Assembly (NCBI GenBank): GCA_013115145.1
Contig: JAAPAO010000124.1
Coordinates: 4,271 to 68,270 of the forward strand
Source of the DNA: Perkinsus chesapeaki ATCC PRA-425
Lineage: Eukaryota > Protista > Perkinsozoa
Direction: 5' to 3'
DNA length: 64,000 bases
Part shown: positions 51,800 through 64,000 of the stretch, in pieces
How the letters are laid out: each line of letters starts with the position of its first letter
How positions within the stretch are numbered: the first letter of the stretch is position 1
The notes under the pieces: generated by a model
The model's input: the letters and a program-made list of their open reading frames with translations, nothing else
Databases searched by the model: none
What the model was told of the DNA's origin: nothing
Made by a program: the position numbers and the translations under genes

Positions 51800-53143
51800 T
51801 CATGCGGATTCCTTATCAACAATGACCCACTCGCCGCTCTCGCTGATACTATTGCTGTTATCTGAATGAGCTGTTGCTCTCTTAGGGCCGAGGGTATCAT
51901 GCCATCCCGAAGCTATAGCAATAAGTAGACGTCCTTTAGCATCGTTGGTTAAAGTAGTATACTTATTATCTAGTATACCCCATTCTATAGCCTTCTGGAC
52001 AGTTACCGGGCTTCTCGCGATTGACCCTTCTTCCTTAAGATTAATTGCTTGACGCCTCATCTCATCAACATTCTCAAATTTGAGAGGAATACTGAGGAGT
52101 GCAACAGAAGGATACACTGCGATCTCATTGGCTTACTTGATGGCTTTCTCACTGTCATGCGAGAAAACAATGTAGCTCACACGGTCTTCCTCAAGCAGGA
52201 CGAAATCAATAGTTGATTCCAGAGGGGGCTGAAGACAATGGTCTCGAAGACACTTCTGGTGAGCTTCACCTCTTGAGTTGCTATAGACTGTGATACGCTG
52301 ACGGTACGATGGTCTTTCTCTCGGGATAAGGTAGCCGACCAGATGTCTTGAGCAATGGCCAAGACGCTTCTATCAATAGACTCACGCCGTTCCTCCTCTT
52401 TCTTAACATTCCTTATATTAGATATTCCTCCATGCGTTCGGATATCTTTTCCCCATTTAATGATGCTCTCCTCGCATGTGAGATCTTCTGACTCTCTGTT
52501 GCCCCCCATATAGTCCCCCGTAATAGTCGGCTCGAAAAACCACGATAAGCTGGAACGGATGGACTTAGTGACAGGTTTTTTGCCTTGGCGACCAGCTTCT
52601 TGGACAAATCTAATCGAAAGACTCTGTGGAATGCAGAGGCTTTCTCTTCGTAGCAGCGCCAAGCTTACGTCCTTTCACCATACGTCACATAATCCAGAGC
52701 ATATTTCTTCGTTTCCTTGTCAAGTTTGGCAGCTACGGAGGCTTCCCACTGAAACGGGCACAGATATGAATCGTTCATCATTCTATCTCCGTTATACCGG
52801 TGATGATGTTTCTTGAGCGCCTCCCAACGCACCCCCTCCTCCAAGATGTTTGGCAGTCAAAACACAGTGTCCCTTTCGTTGACGGCTCATCTGAAAGTTC
52901 AACAAGGTGGCTGCATGGCCCCGATAGAAAATGACCAGCAAGCCATCGAAGAAAACTGGCAAGATTTCAACTTTTACTTTTATATCCTTCTGTTGAGGCT
53001 TTCCGGTTAGGGCGCTCTTTAGGGCCTGAATGATGGGAGTGTGGCGTTGTGTAATGAGCGAGAGAGTCACTGACCTTGAATGCCTTTCCGTCGCTACCAA
53101 CAAGACAAAGTAGAACGATTGAAGTACGAGCGATTGGTGCCAT
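51800..53143 (-). CDS. Secreted hypothetical protein, tandem family member D
   Basis: Signal-like MAPIARTSIVLLCLVGSDG; GHCVLTA; WEASVAAKLDKETKKYALDYVTYGER; LSWFF...CEESIIKWGK; NVDEMRRQ; LIAIASGWHDTLGP. Confidence 0.65.
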
Positions 53144-53559
53144 TGGGAATAGCTTCCCAGTAAAACAACAACTAGCCTTCCTTTCGTCACCATTAGCATC
53201 GATTACCAATAAGACAGGCTTACTGGGATTGCTCGTGCAGCAGATAAGTGAATGGAAACAGTCTTTTCTTCGTGCCCCACGGAACGCGTGCATTCGAGCT
53301 TTGCATGACACATATGGATCGAGCTGTCTCGGTAGTACCGGGTCGGCAGGAAGGACTACACTAGTAAGATATCAACGTTGGCATTATGGTTGTCTCATAT
53401 TGGTATTTCATTGGTGTTATATTGGTATACAGCAGCAGCATCGCTTTATATGGGGTACGCCCCGAAGTGTTCGGACTCCTTAACTCGTACCAACACAACA
53501 TTATATTCCTACGTAAACAGTAATGGTTATCATTGTACGTAGAAATAGGACCGAAGAAA

Positions 53560-54202
53560 TCACTGGTCTCCAGATGCACATCCTCTACACCCACAGTGAG
53601 CACATTGCACCACCCGACCTTCACCCAGCTGGCTTCTCGGGACACGACAAATGCAAGTGGTACCCTAACCGACAGCAATAATAAGCCATTAATTATACCA
53701 TATTACTTGATTATGATTCGTTGATTGACAGCAAAGCATGCAGCACAGCTGATCATATCCAGGTTTCCTCCATTTGTAAACCAATTGCTTGTCAGCCCAG
53801 CCCTCCTAACAGAACCATCAATACAATCCAGAGACCATCTCCCTGCTTACGTCCAAGCAGTATTTGAATAATTCCTTCGAGATTGCCTTCTTTTTATAAT
53901 ACATATCAAAAACATACCTACCAATTAAAACAACAACACCACATCGACGACCATCTTCCCCTTTTCATTGCCGACCTCGAGCGTTGATGATTCAGCTTAT
54001 GAATGGGCCATAGAAGTTCAGTTTTTCTTTTATCTTCATGAGGTTCATTCTCCGCATCTCTCATTTTCCTATCCAACTCCATAAGTGTTGGTTCTATCTC
54101 TTCCCAACCCTCTGACATTCACCACAATCAACAATAACAACAGCCCAGGTCACAGCGACTACCTGGAGCCTTCTTTGATCGCAATGTGCGAACCTTAGGC
54201 AT
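53560..54202 (-). CDS. BUD31: Splicing factor BUD31 / G10
   Basis: Hand-spliced [13 protein letters not shown]|[10 protein letters not shown]...[12 protein letters not shown]|[17 protein letters not shown]...[15 protein letters not shown]...TCICRVP...[14 protein letters not shown]. Confidence 0.97.
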
Positions 54203-55196
54203 AGATGGCAAATCCAAGAGACCAAACTGCAATGGAACTATGGTTTTTCAATCAGAAATGCTACCACGAATAAAACGATTCCCCACAGGAAAATAATACC
54301 CGTTCGGCGGAGCTCACAAAGTCTATGCTGTTAAACTAGGAAAAAATAAAAACATTCGGAATGTTCTACAGAAGAGAGCTTCTCACCAAATAGCCGTGAT
54401 GAACACCCTTCTCAAAAACCGCTAGAGATTTTGCTGAATATTACCTATCTCATGGGCAACAGAGAAATATTTCACAGGAAGCAAAGGAGTCGTATTAGCC
54501 ACAATGCTACACAACAGCAGCAGCAGCGAACTGATAAGAAACGACAAGGTGGCCACATAAGTGACCATGAGTCAACATGCAGATAGAAAGTGAAGTGTTG
54601 GGAGTTCAGCCTCCCGACACTCCAATAGACACTTCCTCCTTTACTCCACCACAGCAGTACATCTGCGATAATGCTACCAATCTCGAATGGACTCGAATAA
54701 CTGATGCCATTGAACCTGATCAACGAAGGGCAGCAGCACCAAGATCAACTTTTGAAAGCAAGATAATGAAAAAAATCCCCCTGCTGTTCGACTGTTGCCT
54801 CCCGAGAGTAAGGTGTAGAATGTCCTATGAAGCAGCAGCAAGTGTGGGTAAGTATATTTTCTCACTTACCAACAAGCACATGCAAACATTCTACATGTAT
54901 TGCACAAGATATTCAAGTCGTCTTGAGGCCCACTTCCAATACTACCTTCGATAACAAACGTCCTGGACAACAGTTTAGCATCATCGTTGTCATCGACAAG
55001 TGTAGTCATTATCTGATTAGCGAGTCGTCATAGAATAGCCCCATCACAGCAGCCTCTCACTTGAGCACCGCATTCCAGCCCTACTTGCTCCGCGTTTAAC
55101 TCTGGGAACATTCGTAATGTACAGGCCAAACGCATTTTAAGTGAAAAATGAGACGTAGCCCTAAAAACAATTTACCACCAAGACCTCCGACTTCCC

Positions 55197-55976
55197 CTAC
55201 TCCTCCGGTTGCGAAGGTAAAATCTGGTGGTAAATTACGTTGACATGTCGACGAACATATGGGTCAGATTTGAGAATACCGTCCGAAATGTCACATACTG
55301 CGACAGCGATATTATCAGGAAGACCGTATAGATCAACCAGCTGAGGGATAAATTGGCCAAGTTCGCCAATCAGAGCAACAAATCATTCATACTCTTTCTT
55401 GGCATCCTTCAATCCTATCACCGACAACTAGATTTACACCAGTTATAGACTCGAATCTTCTGGCATGCGATCCACCAAGACCAATGAGATTATTGATGCT
55501 GCTTTCTACACTCAACCATTTGCCCTTCTAGGGTGAACGAATACTACTAGGAACGATGAGACGCAGATTTAAAGAGGTCCCATCGGGAGCTGGACGAAGA
55601 TGCTGGTATCTTAGCTTCACCAGTGCACTACACACCCTTCGGACTGCTCTCGAAATTCCCTGACTGAGGCGGCATTTCTATATAATGTTGCCAATTGCTA
55701 CATATCCTTCGCTGCAATGACCATAGCCCTATCGTGTGTACCGGGAAAATGCTGCCCTTTAGGAGATATCCTAACAACAGTGGTGGTATCTATCTCAAGC
55801 TTACTCAGCCGACTGCCATTGGGACCTATCCAAGAGGACATGAATCTTATAGAGGCAGTAACTGCCTGACCGATGATAGATCCAGCAATCGAGTTCGATA
55901 CGAGCAGCTTGATCCAGTAGGGGCCGGTCGCAAAGGCTATCGCTTTACCTTCAATATATTCTCGAGAAGGGGGCAT
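55197..55976 (-). CDS. KH-domain RNA-binding protein (two KH domains, Nova/PCBP-like)
   Basis: IKLLVSNSIAGSIIG|PNGSRL...VRISPKGQHFPGTHDRAMVI; second KH LRLIVP|KSSINNLIGLGGSHARRF. 5' end uncertain. Confidence 0.75.
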
Positions 55977-56722
55977 TGCCAAATACGATAATGAGCTTTA
56001 AGATCATCCGATGGGACATATGTTCAATTGTAAGCCTAATATGCCGTATTCGCAGCCTACAGTGGCCTCCAAGAAGTGTAAGCAGGTTTGTCGTAAAGGT
56101 TCAACAGTAGTGGTAAGGAGTTGTACAAAAGGACAATTGCCGGGCAGGGACACTTCTTAGTAACAGTATCCATTTCAGCCGACCAATCATGAGAGAATAC
56201 TTCCTGGACTGGCTCGAAGCTAATAAAGTAAATGGTATACTACCTCTGAACCCAACTTCTCAACATCACCGGACAAAAGCTTGACTCAGAAAACTACGAA
56301 CCATTAACAGTGGCGAAGACGAGCTAGTCCGTAGGTTTCTGGCCGTAGCTTTCGAAAATACGGCACTGAAGAAACTACCCCCACTGTCAGACTAGCTAGA
56401 CTCGCCACAAATATTTCATCGTGATTAAATGCTGCATATCATTCAAATTGGTAATCTGCAGTTACAAATCCTGAAATACATATCCTACAAACGCAATCAA
56501 GTGATTTCCAAAAAAAATGTTGCATATTATCGGAATGAACATTCGATGAAACGATGAAAACTATACATAATGGTGACTGCTTCCACCACTCGAATTTAAT
56601 TTTGTGGCGCGCGACGTTTTTGCTACTTTAGCGGGCGCCGAAGGGCACTGCAGTGAGACTGGCAGAGTGTGCCGTCTCTGGAAGGGGGATTGTTGTTATT
56701 GTTTGTTGATATTATTATTGTG

Positions 56723-57350
56723 ATGAACTCCAACGAAGAAGCCTCTGCTATGCAAAACGCTGCGCAAATGCAGTCACAACAGCAGCAACAGCAACGACAG
56801 CAGGAGATGCAGCAGCAGAAAGAGTATGGATCACGCGTTAACCTTTTGTGCACCATGCACGGTTCAAGCTTGGATTCCTCAGGGCTATGGAGGAGCGCAG
56901 ACGAGTGGCGGTCCGAGCGATGATGGAGCCGGATGCCTTGGAGCGACGTAGGCCGATTTTTGTTGATTTTTTTGCTGTCATTTGTCGACCATTGGCAGTT
57001 AATCGCATTGGCTTGGTTAAGCCAGAAAAGCAACGTGCCGTTGAAAGTCTGATTATTCAGAGTGCACAATCAGGACGACTACAACAACGAATAGGTACCC
57101 TCTGGGAATAGATCTCGGGTCGATCGGTCTATAAACGTAAACTCTAACTTATTGGACTGGAATGTCACTGTTTAGATGAGGGAACCCTTGTACAGCTTCT
57201 CGAGCACGTTGAAAAGCAAAGCGGCGCTGGAGGACATATCAAGGTGGGAATTGTCCAGCAATTCCCCAAATGCAGTTTTTCTATCAGTTTGCTCGAAAAG
57301 CGTTTGATGATGACGACGATTCTGACATCGATTTGGACAACCTTGAGTGA
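56723..57350 (+). CDS. PDCD5: Programmed cell death protein 5 (TFAR19)
   Basis: Hand-spliced 5 exons: MEERRRVAVRAMMEPDALER|LNRIGLVKPEKQRAVESLIIQSAQSGRLQQRI|DEGTLVQLLEHV...|FARKAFDDDDDSD. Confidence 0.93.
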
Positions 57351-57432
57351 TTATTAATACCAGCTTGAAAGCGTGCGTGGCGTCTACAAGTTTCAAGCGA
57401 TCTCTCAAAGGGGGTTTAGTTACTTCTTGAGC

Positions 57433-57464
57433 AGGTCTCGGGTTCGATTCCCTGTGGTAGCTTT
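57433..57464 (+). pseudogene. Intergenic tRNA 3'-half-like fragment
   Basis: AGGTCTCGGGTTCGATTCCCTGTGGTAGCTTT: variable loop, canonical B-box and acceptor-like strand; no 5' half upstream. Confidence 0.4.
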
Positions 57465-57503
57465 CTCGTTTTAATATGCCTATTCGCGGAGCTCCTCGCG
57501 CCC

Positions 57504-58548
57504 ATGCCTTCAGTGGACCACGCCGCATTGCTGGAACTAGCAGAAGGTCTCCAACTAGAAGAAATAAGGGCACTGGTGTAACGATAAATTCATACCATAT
57601 TTCCGTCAAATCATATCATATATCCCCTCTCAGATGGTCACTTATTACCATGAAGTGTCTGAGGAATGGAACTCCTATCGCCCAACTGCCAAACGTAGGT
57701 TATCAAACACCTGTTTGAGCTCATATCGTATTTTCGATCGATACGAAATAATAACAGTTATAATGGCCTGCATTAAAGAATTAATTTTTTTATATACAAT
57801 TGTGATGCCCTTGTTGGATTGATCATCCTTCAGCCGTCCAGCGTCAAGCCAGGGGAGGAGCATCTAGGAAGTTCCAACCTTCGACCAGGATACAAGGGGG
57901 TCTGAAAAACACTCTTACAAGGACTACTTTATTTCCTTAGGGACTGCCAACATCCATCAGGTCTATGACCCAGAGCACCTCATTGTTGGTGCCAGTCATA
58001 GCAAAACGGCTCAACGTTTGGTCGATGCTGTAGCGTGGATCTCAAGGGGTTGTGATTAAATAGAGTTTCTCATCAGGATCCGGTCCTTCATGAGATTGTG
58101 GTTGATGCCATTCGTTATGCTGCAACGCAATTTCACGCTCCGAGGGGACAAGTGGCCCAACTTAGGACCGAGGTTGGCGGCAATGATGATGCTGGTAGTT
58201 GTTCCGTTGAGAATTTCGTGGCGAGTGAGATTTTCAGGTCTGGCCGGGTATTTGGACTTCTCTCGTTTGGTATGTTCTTATCTTCACACTCTCGCCAATG
58301 AAAGTGATCCTTCCCACCGTGAGTTGCTAAACAGTTCCACGGTTGTTGTTGGCAATATGGGCTTTTGTGGCAACATCCCGTGCTTCAGGTTATAACTGGG
58401 CATCACAGTTTGGCGGTCATCATTCTTGATTAGGTACAAGCTTAAAATGGGCCTTCCTGAGCATTATGTTAACCCTTATAGTCACCTTACTAATGTTATC
58501 CCGTTTATCTGGTGCAATGTCTTTTTCGTCGACCCATATGATAGATAA
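57504..58548 (+). CDS. Hypothetical multi-exon protein
   Basis: Hand joins read through: MPSVDHAALLELAEGLQLEEIRAL|MVTYYHEVSEEW...KRR|KFQPSTRIQ...DPVLHEIVVDAIRY...YKLKMGLPEHYVNPYSHL...DPYDR*; family not recognised. Confidence 0.45.
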
Positions 58549-58746
58549 CTGTGTATGGCATGGTTAATAACTCATACAACTTATTGATGTTTATGCTAAT
58601 CTATTACTTTGTGTTATTGTTGAAGTATAAAAAGATATCTTCGCACTATGAATATTTTCAGGTATTGCCTCCTTGGCTTAAGATTATTCTTCTACTGTCC
58701 CTTATCATTCTTCTTCTTCTTCCTTCCGTCAATTCATATTTCTGTC

Positions 58747-60156
58747 ATGGGTTGCTCATGTAGTACAATTCATCGCCAGGGCAGCACCGATGAGCCTCAA
58801 AGCAGCACAATGATGCCAGGCAGCTCCACAACAGCAGCAGCAGCGGGAGGAGGAGGAGGAGTGAGAGATGCGAATGACAGCACTGTTAAGCCGGGAAGGA
58901 CTAAGTCCGCTCAGATGCAAGCAGTTGTCGGGGGAAAGTGTCGACAAGCATCTCAGACGAAGGTTTTGGTAATATTATGGTGGGATGGGCTCAACTGTTG
59001 ATTAGGCATTGAGGGAATGTGGCTTGCGATCGTTGCCTGAGGAAGCTTGCAGCTTAGAGGATCTTCGAACGCTGGATTTGGCGTTTAATAGGCTTACGAC
59101 GCTGCCTAAGGAGGTTGCTTGGCACGCCAGTTTATTGAAGCTTAATCTTAGTTCAAACCAACTTAAGGAGGTTCCTTCATCATTGGTTTTCCTGATAAGT
59201 AAGAAGTCTTCCATCTGACTTATATTGGATCTTGCACGGATGAAGCTAAGATACCTTTTTCAGAACTGCAATCGCTGCAGCTGCAGGATAATAAAATTGA
59301 GAAAGTCGGAGGATACGCCTTTCCGGGATCTCTGGTTGAACTAAATTTGTCAAATAACAAATTATCTTCCATAGGGGAAGAAGTTTTCGGTAATAATCGT
59401 TAATGCTCGCTCGGACATCATTCTTCACCGACAGAAACGTTGAATCAGCTGACCGATGTGGATGTTTCCGGCAATCAGTTGCGGGCCATCCCAACTAAGG
59501 TTTTATTCCGCGTTGCCAGTAAGACGCTAACCACAGTGAAGGCCGAGTAAGGTTTGAACGAAGACGCCGCTCAACCCGTTGACTAGATGGCCGATGTCAT
59601 TTTATCAGGCACAATAAGATAATCGAGTTAGAGTGGCCTGATGATGATGAGGAGGACACGCGGCTTGATCGGCTCACGTAATGGGGAGCGGCGCCGGCGG
59701 CGGCAGGCCCTGCCGGGCAGGGAAATTCACTTCGTGGCTTGTTAATAAAATCTAGTATCTCAAGGGACCTGATAGCCAGATACCAGATGTTTACAGTTGC
59801 TACTCTCGATGGAAGTTTATGCTGCTGGGAAATGATGACTTTTCTAACTGTCTGATTCGAGTCTCCTTCCTCTTTCTTAGGCATATGGATCTGTCATATA
59901 ATCGTCTTTCGACAGTACCTTCCGAGCTCTTCACACATACATCTTTGGTGGATCTATGGTTGCAGGGTAACAACCCTGACAAGTTAAACAAGTAGTATTA
60001 TTTCGCTCAATACAACCCTTAACGAGGGACAGGTACACTATCAAGGATATTCCAGGATTCGAAGAATATGTTGATCGACGGAAGCGCAAAATAGATAAGC
60101 GTATCGACAGTAAAGCTGGAAGCAAGCTTAATTTGGCAATGTGTGGTTTGGAGTGA
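58747..60156 (+). CDS. Leucine-rich-repeat protein (LRRC57-like) with an N-terminal acylation motif
   Basis: MGCSCS start; LRECGLRSLP, LRTLDLAFNRLTTLP, LKLNLSSNQLKEVP, DVSGNQLRAIP; C-terminus IPGFEEYVDRRKRKIDKRID. Confidence 0.85.
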
Positions 60157-60439
60157 TGATGATAGTGTTACGTTGCTGCTGCTGCTGCCCACCGTTAACG
60201 ATAGATGTTGTTCAGTAGTATTGAGTGTTGTTGTTGCTGTTGTTTACGGAGTAATAGTAGCAGTCTCGATCACCACCACCTTGACTGTAAAATGATTACA
60301 CTGTGTGATTGGCTTATATCAACTGTATCTTCGGCAATATAACAGTGTTTTAGTTTATAAAGTTGGGACATTATAACCACGTACAATTGCAATCCGTCTA
60401 GCCATAAAGCAGAACAGCTGCATTAAAGTGACACACGTA

Positions 60440-61700
60440 AGCCAACACGCCAGAGTAGGGCAGCCAATATCTCGTTATCAAGCGCTCAACTTGTCATCTG
60501 CTGCAAGCGTCGGAGCTTGAACCTAGCTGGGGACACAAAGCTATAGGCAGCACACATTGGCAGCCATGAGCTACCCCAGTTTGAGGTCGAGGATAGCCTT
60601 GTGGAGAGACGCTAGTTGAAATGAAGAGTAGTCAACCAGGTCACGCGTAAGAAAATGCGGGCAGGTCAGCACCCGGAAGACACCGCTCATTGCACTGCCT
60701 CCTACTCCTCCTGGTACTACCTTACCTTTCGTCACTAGTCCGGCCCGCAGTGGAAGATTCAAATGAACTGACTAGTAGTTATTGAATTGCACCTTAAACC
60801 TTTAACATGCGCGTTTTAAGCGATGTGTCGGCAAGCTGATGATAACATACCTTTCTGATAAGCGACACAACTCGAGAGTCATTTCGAGGTCACTTTGCCA
60901 ATGTTCATCAAGCCACCCACACTTCTGTTGGAACGTGATGAGAATAGATTGCTGGCCTCAGGTCGGCGGTCCGCTAGTGTCGTACGCGAAGGATGCACGC
61001 AAAGCAAGGTTACCTTACATAACGCCTGATGGTAGACCACGCTGAGCAAAGCCACCTGAAGGCACTTTGGCTATCTGGACTCGTTCATGAATATGTCCTA
61101 GCAAGTCGGGTGCTGGTAGAGGAAAGAGATTGACAGGTGTCATGTTCGACTGCCCTGCTAGTCCCACACTGTAGGGTGTTGTAACTCTAAAACAAGTCTT
61201 CCTAGTGACAACTCACACACTTCGGGCTGCTTTGGATTCGCATTAAGAGCTGGCAGTGACAACAACTGATGCGAATAAAGATATCAACCACAGCGTTGTC
61301 CGAGTTAGCTTTGTAAGACTCCTTTCGTTATGATGTATCAAATTCCTAAGGGTGCGGTGCTTGAGAAACCGCTTGCCTGACGCATCCCGAGTCTCCATTC
61401 AAAAAGATGTTCCGTGAAGTGTAGTTCATCAAGCTAACGGCCAGTTGATTTTACCAACACCCGCCCTTACTGGTGGAGCGTCTCCCCACCAGGATATTCT
61501 CGGATCCGCCACCTACCACAATGACTCAAGTTTTGATGCTCCTTGTTGGCTTCCCATCGCCTAGTCGGCTGAGCGACCTCGCCATTGACGAGTCGCCAGA
61601 CCATCGGCAATACCCTAAATAAGTGAGCCTCGGAATCTCACGGTCATCAACGAACCGAATGGGAGGGGTGGACACTGTCTAGCCAGCTGCTGCCGCAGAG
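60440..61700 (-). mobile_element. Probable decayed non-LTR (LINE) retrotransposon, RT-thumb plus RNase H region
   Basis: Broken-frame peptides in the expected order: LISLFASVV; LMRIQ/KAAR...TCFRVTTPY...MTPVNL (cf. LxRIQRxAARxITxxFRTT); IFT-G...GVGGSA; LVDYSSFQLASLHKAILDL (cf. SVFQAELxAI); SSD; YWLPYSGV. Many stops. Confidence 0.45.
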
Positions 61701-62241
61701 GCCTGGACATTCGGTCTCCGAATGCCTTTCTCCCTACGGTGTTGAGTGCCAGAAAGAACTGCCAACTTAAAGCTCACTAAGGCCGCAGAGACCCCTGCGT
61801 GCAACATAGCTAATGGCAAGAGAGCTAATAGCTATAACTAAAACAAGCAGCTACATAATATAATGCAGATACACCCATTCTCACTGAGAAGTTCTCAGCT
61901 TCCTACTTCAAGTGAGTTATACTGGAGTCATAGCACAGCTAAACTCAAACAGGTACACACAGAATGACCTATGATAACAAATACTCTAACATCTTATCTA
62001 CTTCTTTACGAGGGTGAACTTAGTCCGCTGAGCTATGTAGACGTATTATTCAAGCTTGTTGGCGTTCTTGCGCACGTATTTTAGGTCCTTAAGGAATGGG
62101 AGCCAAAACCAAATTGCTCGCTGAGTATCAGTGTAATTGATGGTCCTCCATAAGCTTGGTGGACAAGCTCTTGTTAGCCGTGGAAGTTAGGTGTATCATC
62201 AAGTCGGGATTCCACAATTTCATGAACAGCTACTCTTTTAC

Positions 62242-64000
62242 ATGCTTAGCCTCGTCGCCTTGTGGTACTGCTTAGCAAGCCTGGTTGCAGGTCAGCCGCC
62301 AAGCTCTGAGCAATGGGATGAGGCCTGTCGTCTAGCAGTAAATGGTGATTCGTATTGTATGTTCTATAAACTTGGATCTGCTGCAGTATGTCATGGTAGC
62401 GATCCTCCTATCCCTTGTGGTCCAGCTAACACAACTAATGTAACGCCTTCCCCGCCAGCTGTTGATGAGTGCTCTAAACTCAGTCAGCTGTATGGCAGTA
62501 TGTCCCTGACGATTCTAGTAAAGATTATATGTGGGCTAAAATGGATGATGTCAATAGATGCTTAAATTCTCTCACCATCACCAACTTCAACGCCCTCTTT
62601 ACTCTTCACAACCTCAAGTATGGTGTAGCTGAAACTTACGCTTTTGTTGATGTTGCTAACGGTCTTCAGAACTCTGTAGAGTCTAATAACTGCGGATTCA
62701 AAAAGCACTCCGTTAACGTTGACTTAAAGGGCTTTCTCGATAACAAAATAGAAGAGTTCTCCCGGGTGTTGGATGGAATGACTGGTGACGAACAAACGGC
62801 TTTTTTCAAGGAGAGGATCTCATCAGCACCCTTCCACTACTCATTGCAAGGGGAACTCAATCGCTTGAACGATGCTCATACTCGCTATGAACCACCCTTT
62901 GGCGACTTCCAGTATATCCTGCCGATCCGTTTCGAATCAAGTATGCAAGGAGGGGCCCAGGTAGTCACACTTGGTGTCACCCCTTTTGCGGATCCTCGAT
63001 ATGTTGAAGTCTACGGCGAAGCAGCAACCACTCATAAGGACGGCGATGTTATTATAAAAGTAGATGATAAGCCCGTCCTCGAGTGGATGCAAGAAATGGT
63101 CTCTGATGACGGTCCTTATGTTGGTGTCTACCAAGGGCCCCTACAAAGACTCAACAATGTCTTTTTTGTAAGCGAGTATGTTACCAGAGATCTTCGACGT
63201 CGTCCACCTCCAATGGAACCACTAAGGATTACTTTCGCTGATGGAACTACAGAATCGGTTAATTGGTTGGCTCGATTGTCTAATTACACAAAGTCAGCCG
63301 GGGAAGGTGCTATCAGTTGGCAGTTCTATAACGCTCTCACAAATCGGAACCCTCTATTCCAGCAAACGGTTGCATTTGAGACCGAGTTCTACTCTAAGAA
63401 TAACGGATCTCTATGGGAGCTTGCTGAGGAACCCTCGACTGAGGGATTCGACTCTGCCACTCTCGATGCCATTTTGGAGCACACTGTCGAGGCGCAAGTA
63501 AACGAGAACTCGTTCCAGAAGGATGGCCCTATTACCGCCGAGGACGACACGACATGGATTTATGGCCGAGGTTTCCAATATACTCTCTTGGATGATACCG
63601 TAGTCGTTTTTGTTCCGAGTTTTGTTCCGAGTGGTAGCTTCTCCATTCCGGCTATTCTGTACCTGAGTTTCACTGAAGTTCAGGACTTCGCTCGAGAGAA
63701 TAATGTGACTAGGCTTCTTTTTGATGTGTCTTCTAATGGTGGAGGGTATGCTCTTTCGACTTTTGCTCTGCAATGGTATGTTATATCGAGTACCGATGAT
63801 ATTTGCCCTCCAATGGTCCGTCATATGACAGATAACTGGCAATCATGGGTTGAATCATTTGGTATTAACTTCAACAGCACGATTAATACGTTTTTTGAAA
63901 ATAATCCCCGTCTTGTCGAAGACCCTAGTTTTATTCATGAAAGATTCCAGCAACTATATCTCCTTATGAACTACGCTGATCAGCTTTTGACGTATTGGGA
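62242..64000 (+). CDS. Secreted S41 (tail-specific protease)-like surface protein with an N-terminal Cys-rich module; 1-nt frameshift at ~62495; runs off the window
   Basis: Signal MLSLVALWYCLASLVAG; Cys module DEAC...DSYCMFYK...VCHGSDPPIPC; a second frame is open with no stop from 62478 to 64000 (QYVPDDSSKDYMWAK...LNRLNDAHTRY...IIKVDDKPVLEW...RLLFDVSSNGGGY), with DAH and D-x-x-x-NGGG motifs typical of S41-like proteins. Confidence 0.75.

Noticed and set aside
53361-53678. Minus-strand ORF initially considered the N-terminus of family member D
   Set aside because: It is an off-frame reading of the last BUD31 exons and intron.
57363-57398. GCTTGAAA...TTTCAAGC hairpin after PDCD5 as a SECIS or ncRNA
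   Set aside because: Only an 8-bp stem, no SECIS core, and PDCD5 ends normally.

Overview
Eukaryotic, gene-dense, intron-rich window with many short (~40-60 nt) GT-AG introns. Gene content and style point to a Perkinsus-like alveolate; this is inferred, not database-checked. Recognisable genes: two paralogous secreted Cys-rich proteins (one with a ~25x EPTTS mucin stalk), an MZB1/Canopy-like ER protein, TSR3, an atypical TGH-motif MAPK head-to-head with CFAP65, an EF-hand protein, a large Cys-rich protein, a SET protein, an intronless RRM-like protein, an OTU deubiquitinase, V-ATPase F, an SPX-SLC13 (Pho87/91-like) transporter, MPP-alpha, a RABL3-like GTPase, four tandem secreted paralogues of an unrecognised family, BUD31, a 2xKH protein, PDCD5, an LRR protein and a frameshifted S41-peptidase-like gene running off the right end. 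There are three intact-looking tRNA genes (Arg-ACG, 2x Trp-CCA) and two probable decayed retroelements. The most striking pattern is a series from intact tRNA genes nested in spliceosomal introns to degenerate tRNA fragments that make up nearly the whole of short introns (MAPK, two in CFAP65). The intronic tRNA-Trp carries A at position 24, the Hirsh-suppressor position. Exon joins were worked out by hand, so gene boundaries are approximate.
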